Shown in pieces: positions 63,206 to 64,000 of a stretch of DNA of 64,000 bases. The stretch is from NCBI GenBank assembly GCA_963707985.1, contig CAVPRW010000031.1, positions 1 through 64,000 of the forward strand. Direction: 5' to 3'. Both the position numbers and the translations under genes were made by a program. This DNA comes from an uncultured Nitrospinota bacterium. GTDB lineage: Bacteria > Tectomicrobia > Entotheonellia > J063 > CAVPRW01. Numbering within the stretch: position 1 is the stretch's first letter; every line of letters begins with the position of its first letter. The notes under the pieces are model-generated. The model was not told where the DNA came from. It ran no database searches and was given only the letters and a program-made list of their open reading frames with translations.

Positions 63206-64000
63206 AGGGGGCTACAGGTTGGAGGCTCCTTTGGCAAAAATTCGTCCGTGACCGTTCAGCCCTCTCCGGTCTAGTGATTCTGCTCGGGTTGATCCTCACA
63301 TCAACGCTGGCGCCATACCTGGCCCCATTTCCGGAAGATGTGTCGGCTACCCACCCTGCCCAGCGCTTACGCCCGCCGAGCTGGGAGCATCCCCTGGGGA
63401 CGGATACGCTGGGACGGGACATTTACAGCCGTATTTTATTTGGCGGGCGCATCACGCTGGTCATTTCTGTGACGGTGGTCGCCGCCTGTATCGTGATTGG
63501 TGTGCCGGCAGGGCTGATAGCGGGCTATTCTGAGAATATCGTCGGCAACGCGATCATGCGCATCGCTGATATCTTTCTGGCTGTTCCGCGGGTCATTCTG
63601 GCTCTAGCCCTGTCCCAAGCGCTCGGGCCAAGCTTACCCAACATGTTGCTAGCCTTGACGATTACCTACTGGCCGTGGTTCGCGCGTACCGTGGCGGCGG
63701 AAACGCGGTCGGTGAAACAGGCGACGTTCATCGAGGCTAGCAATGCCCTGGGGATGCGGCCCATGCGGGTGATCTTCTGGCATGTGCTACCGAATGTGCT
63801 TTCATCCGTTATTGTGCGCAGCACCATTGGTATGGGTTTTACGATTTTAACTGCGGCCGCCCTGGGATTCCTCGGGGTCGGCGCACAGCCTCCGGCGCCG
63901 GAGTGGGGGGCGATGATCGCCGAAGCCCGATTATATTTACCCGATGCCTGGTGGTATGCTACCTCACCTGGATTGGCCATCTTCTTCGTGGTAATGGGAT
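63202..64000 (+). CDS. Peptide ABC permease (DppC-like), runs off the window end
   Basis: ATG overlapping the upstream TGA; HPLGTDTLGRDIYSR, FIEASNALG, HVLPN, FLGVGAQPP.PEWG. Confidence 0.9.
   Translation, partial: MKGATGWRLLWQKFVRDRSALSGLVILLGLILTSTLAPYLAPFPEDVSATHPAQRLRPPSWEHPLGTDTLGRDIYSRILFGGRITLVISVTVVAACIVIGVPAGLIAGYSENIVGNAIMRIADIFLAVPRVILALALSQALGPSLPNMLLALTITYWPWFARTVAAETRSVKQATFIEASNALGMRPMRVIFWHVLPNVLSSVIVRSTIGMGFTILTAAALGFLGVGAQPPAPEWGAMIAEARLYLPDAWWYATSPGLAIFFVVMG

Overview
A GC-rich bacterial chromosomal window. It mostly holds metabolic and housekeeping genes: SDRs, LLM oxidoreductases, clpX, an acyl-CoA carboxylase/methylmalonyl-CoA mutase cluster, mpl, thrC-metB-ubiE, phoD, peptide ABC transporters, csp-rpsU-infC and a CoxL-like Mo enzyme. 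The gene content resembles Candidatus Tectomicrobia/Entotheonella, but that is only an inference. There are two accessory zones. (1) Positions 1-5100 carry the end of an integrative element (excisionase, broken tyrosine integrase, tRNA-Arg) plus IS remnants. (2) An ~11.6 kb island (29567-41156) lies between mpl and ubiE, bounded by the two halves and terminal inverted repeats of an IS630-family element. The island carries the main result: a complete diversity-generating retroelement (DGR) with RT, HRDC accessory gene, TR 35990-36116 and VR 37786-37912. All 15 TR/VR mismatches fall at TR adenines. The DGR target is a DUF4062-like / STAND NTPase / transmembrane / C-type-lectin (FGE-sulfatase) fusion, i.e. 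a candidate hypervariable transmembrane NLR-like receptor. The island also holds two identical 201-bp MITE-like elements and a cobalamin riboswitch. Many otherwise intact genes have single-base frameshifts, probably assembly indel errors, so pseudogene calls are tentative. All family assignments come from motif recognition by eye; no database searches were run.
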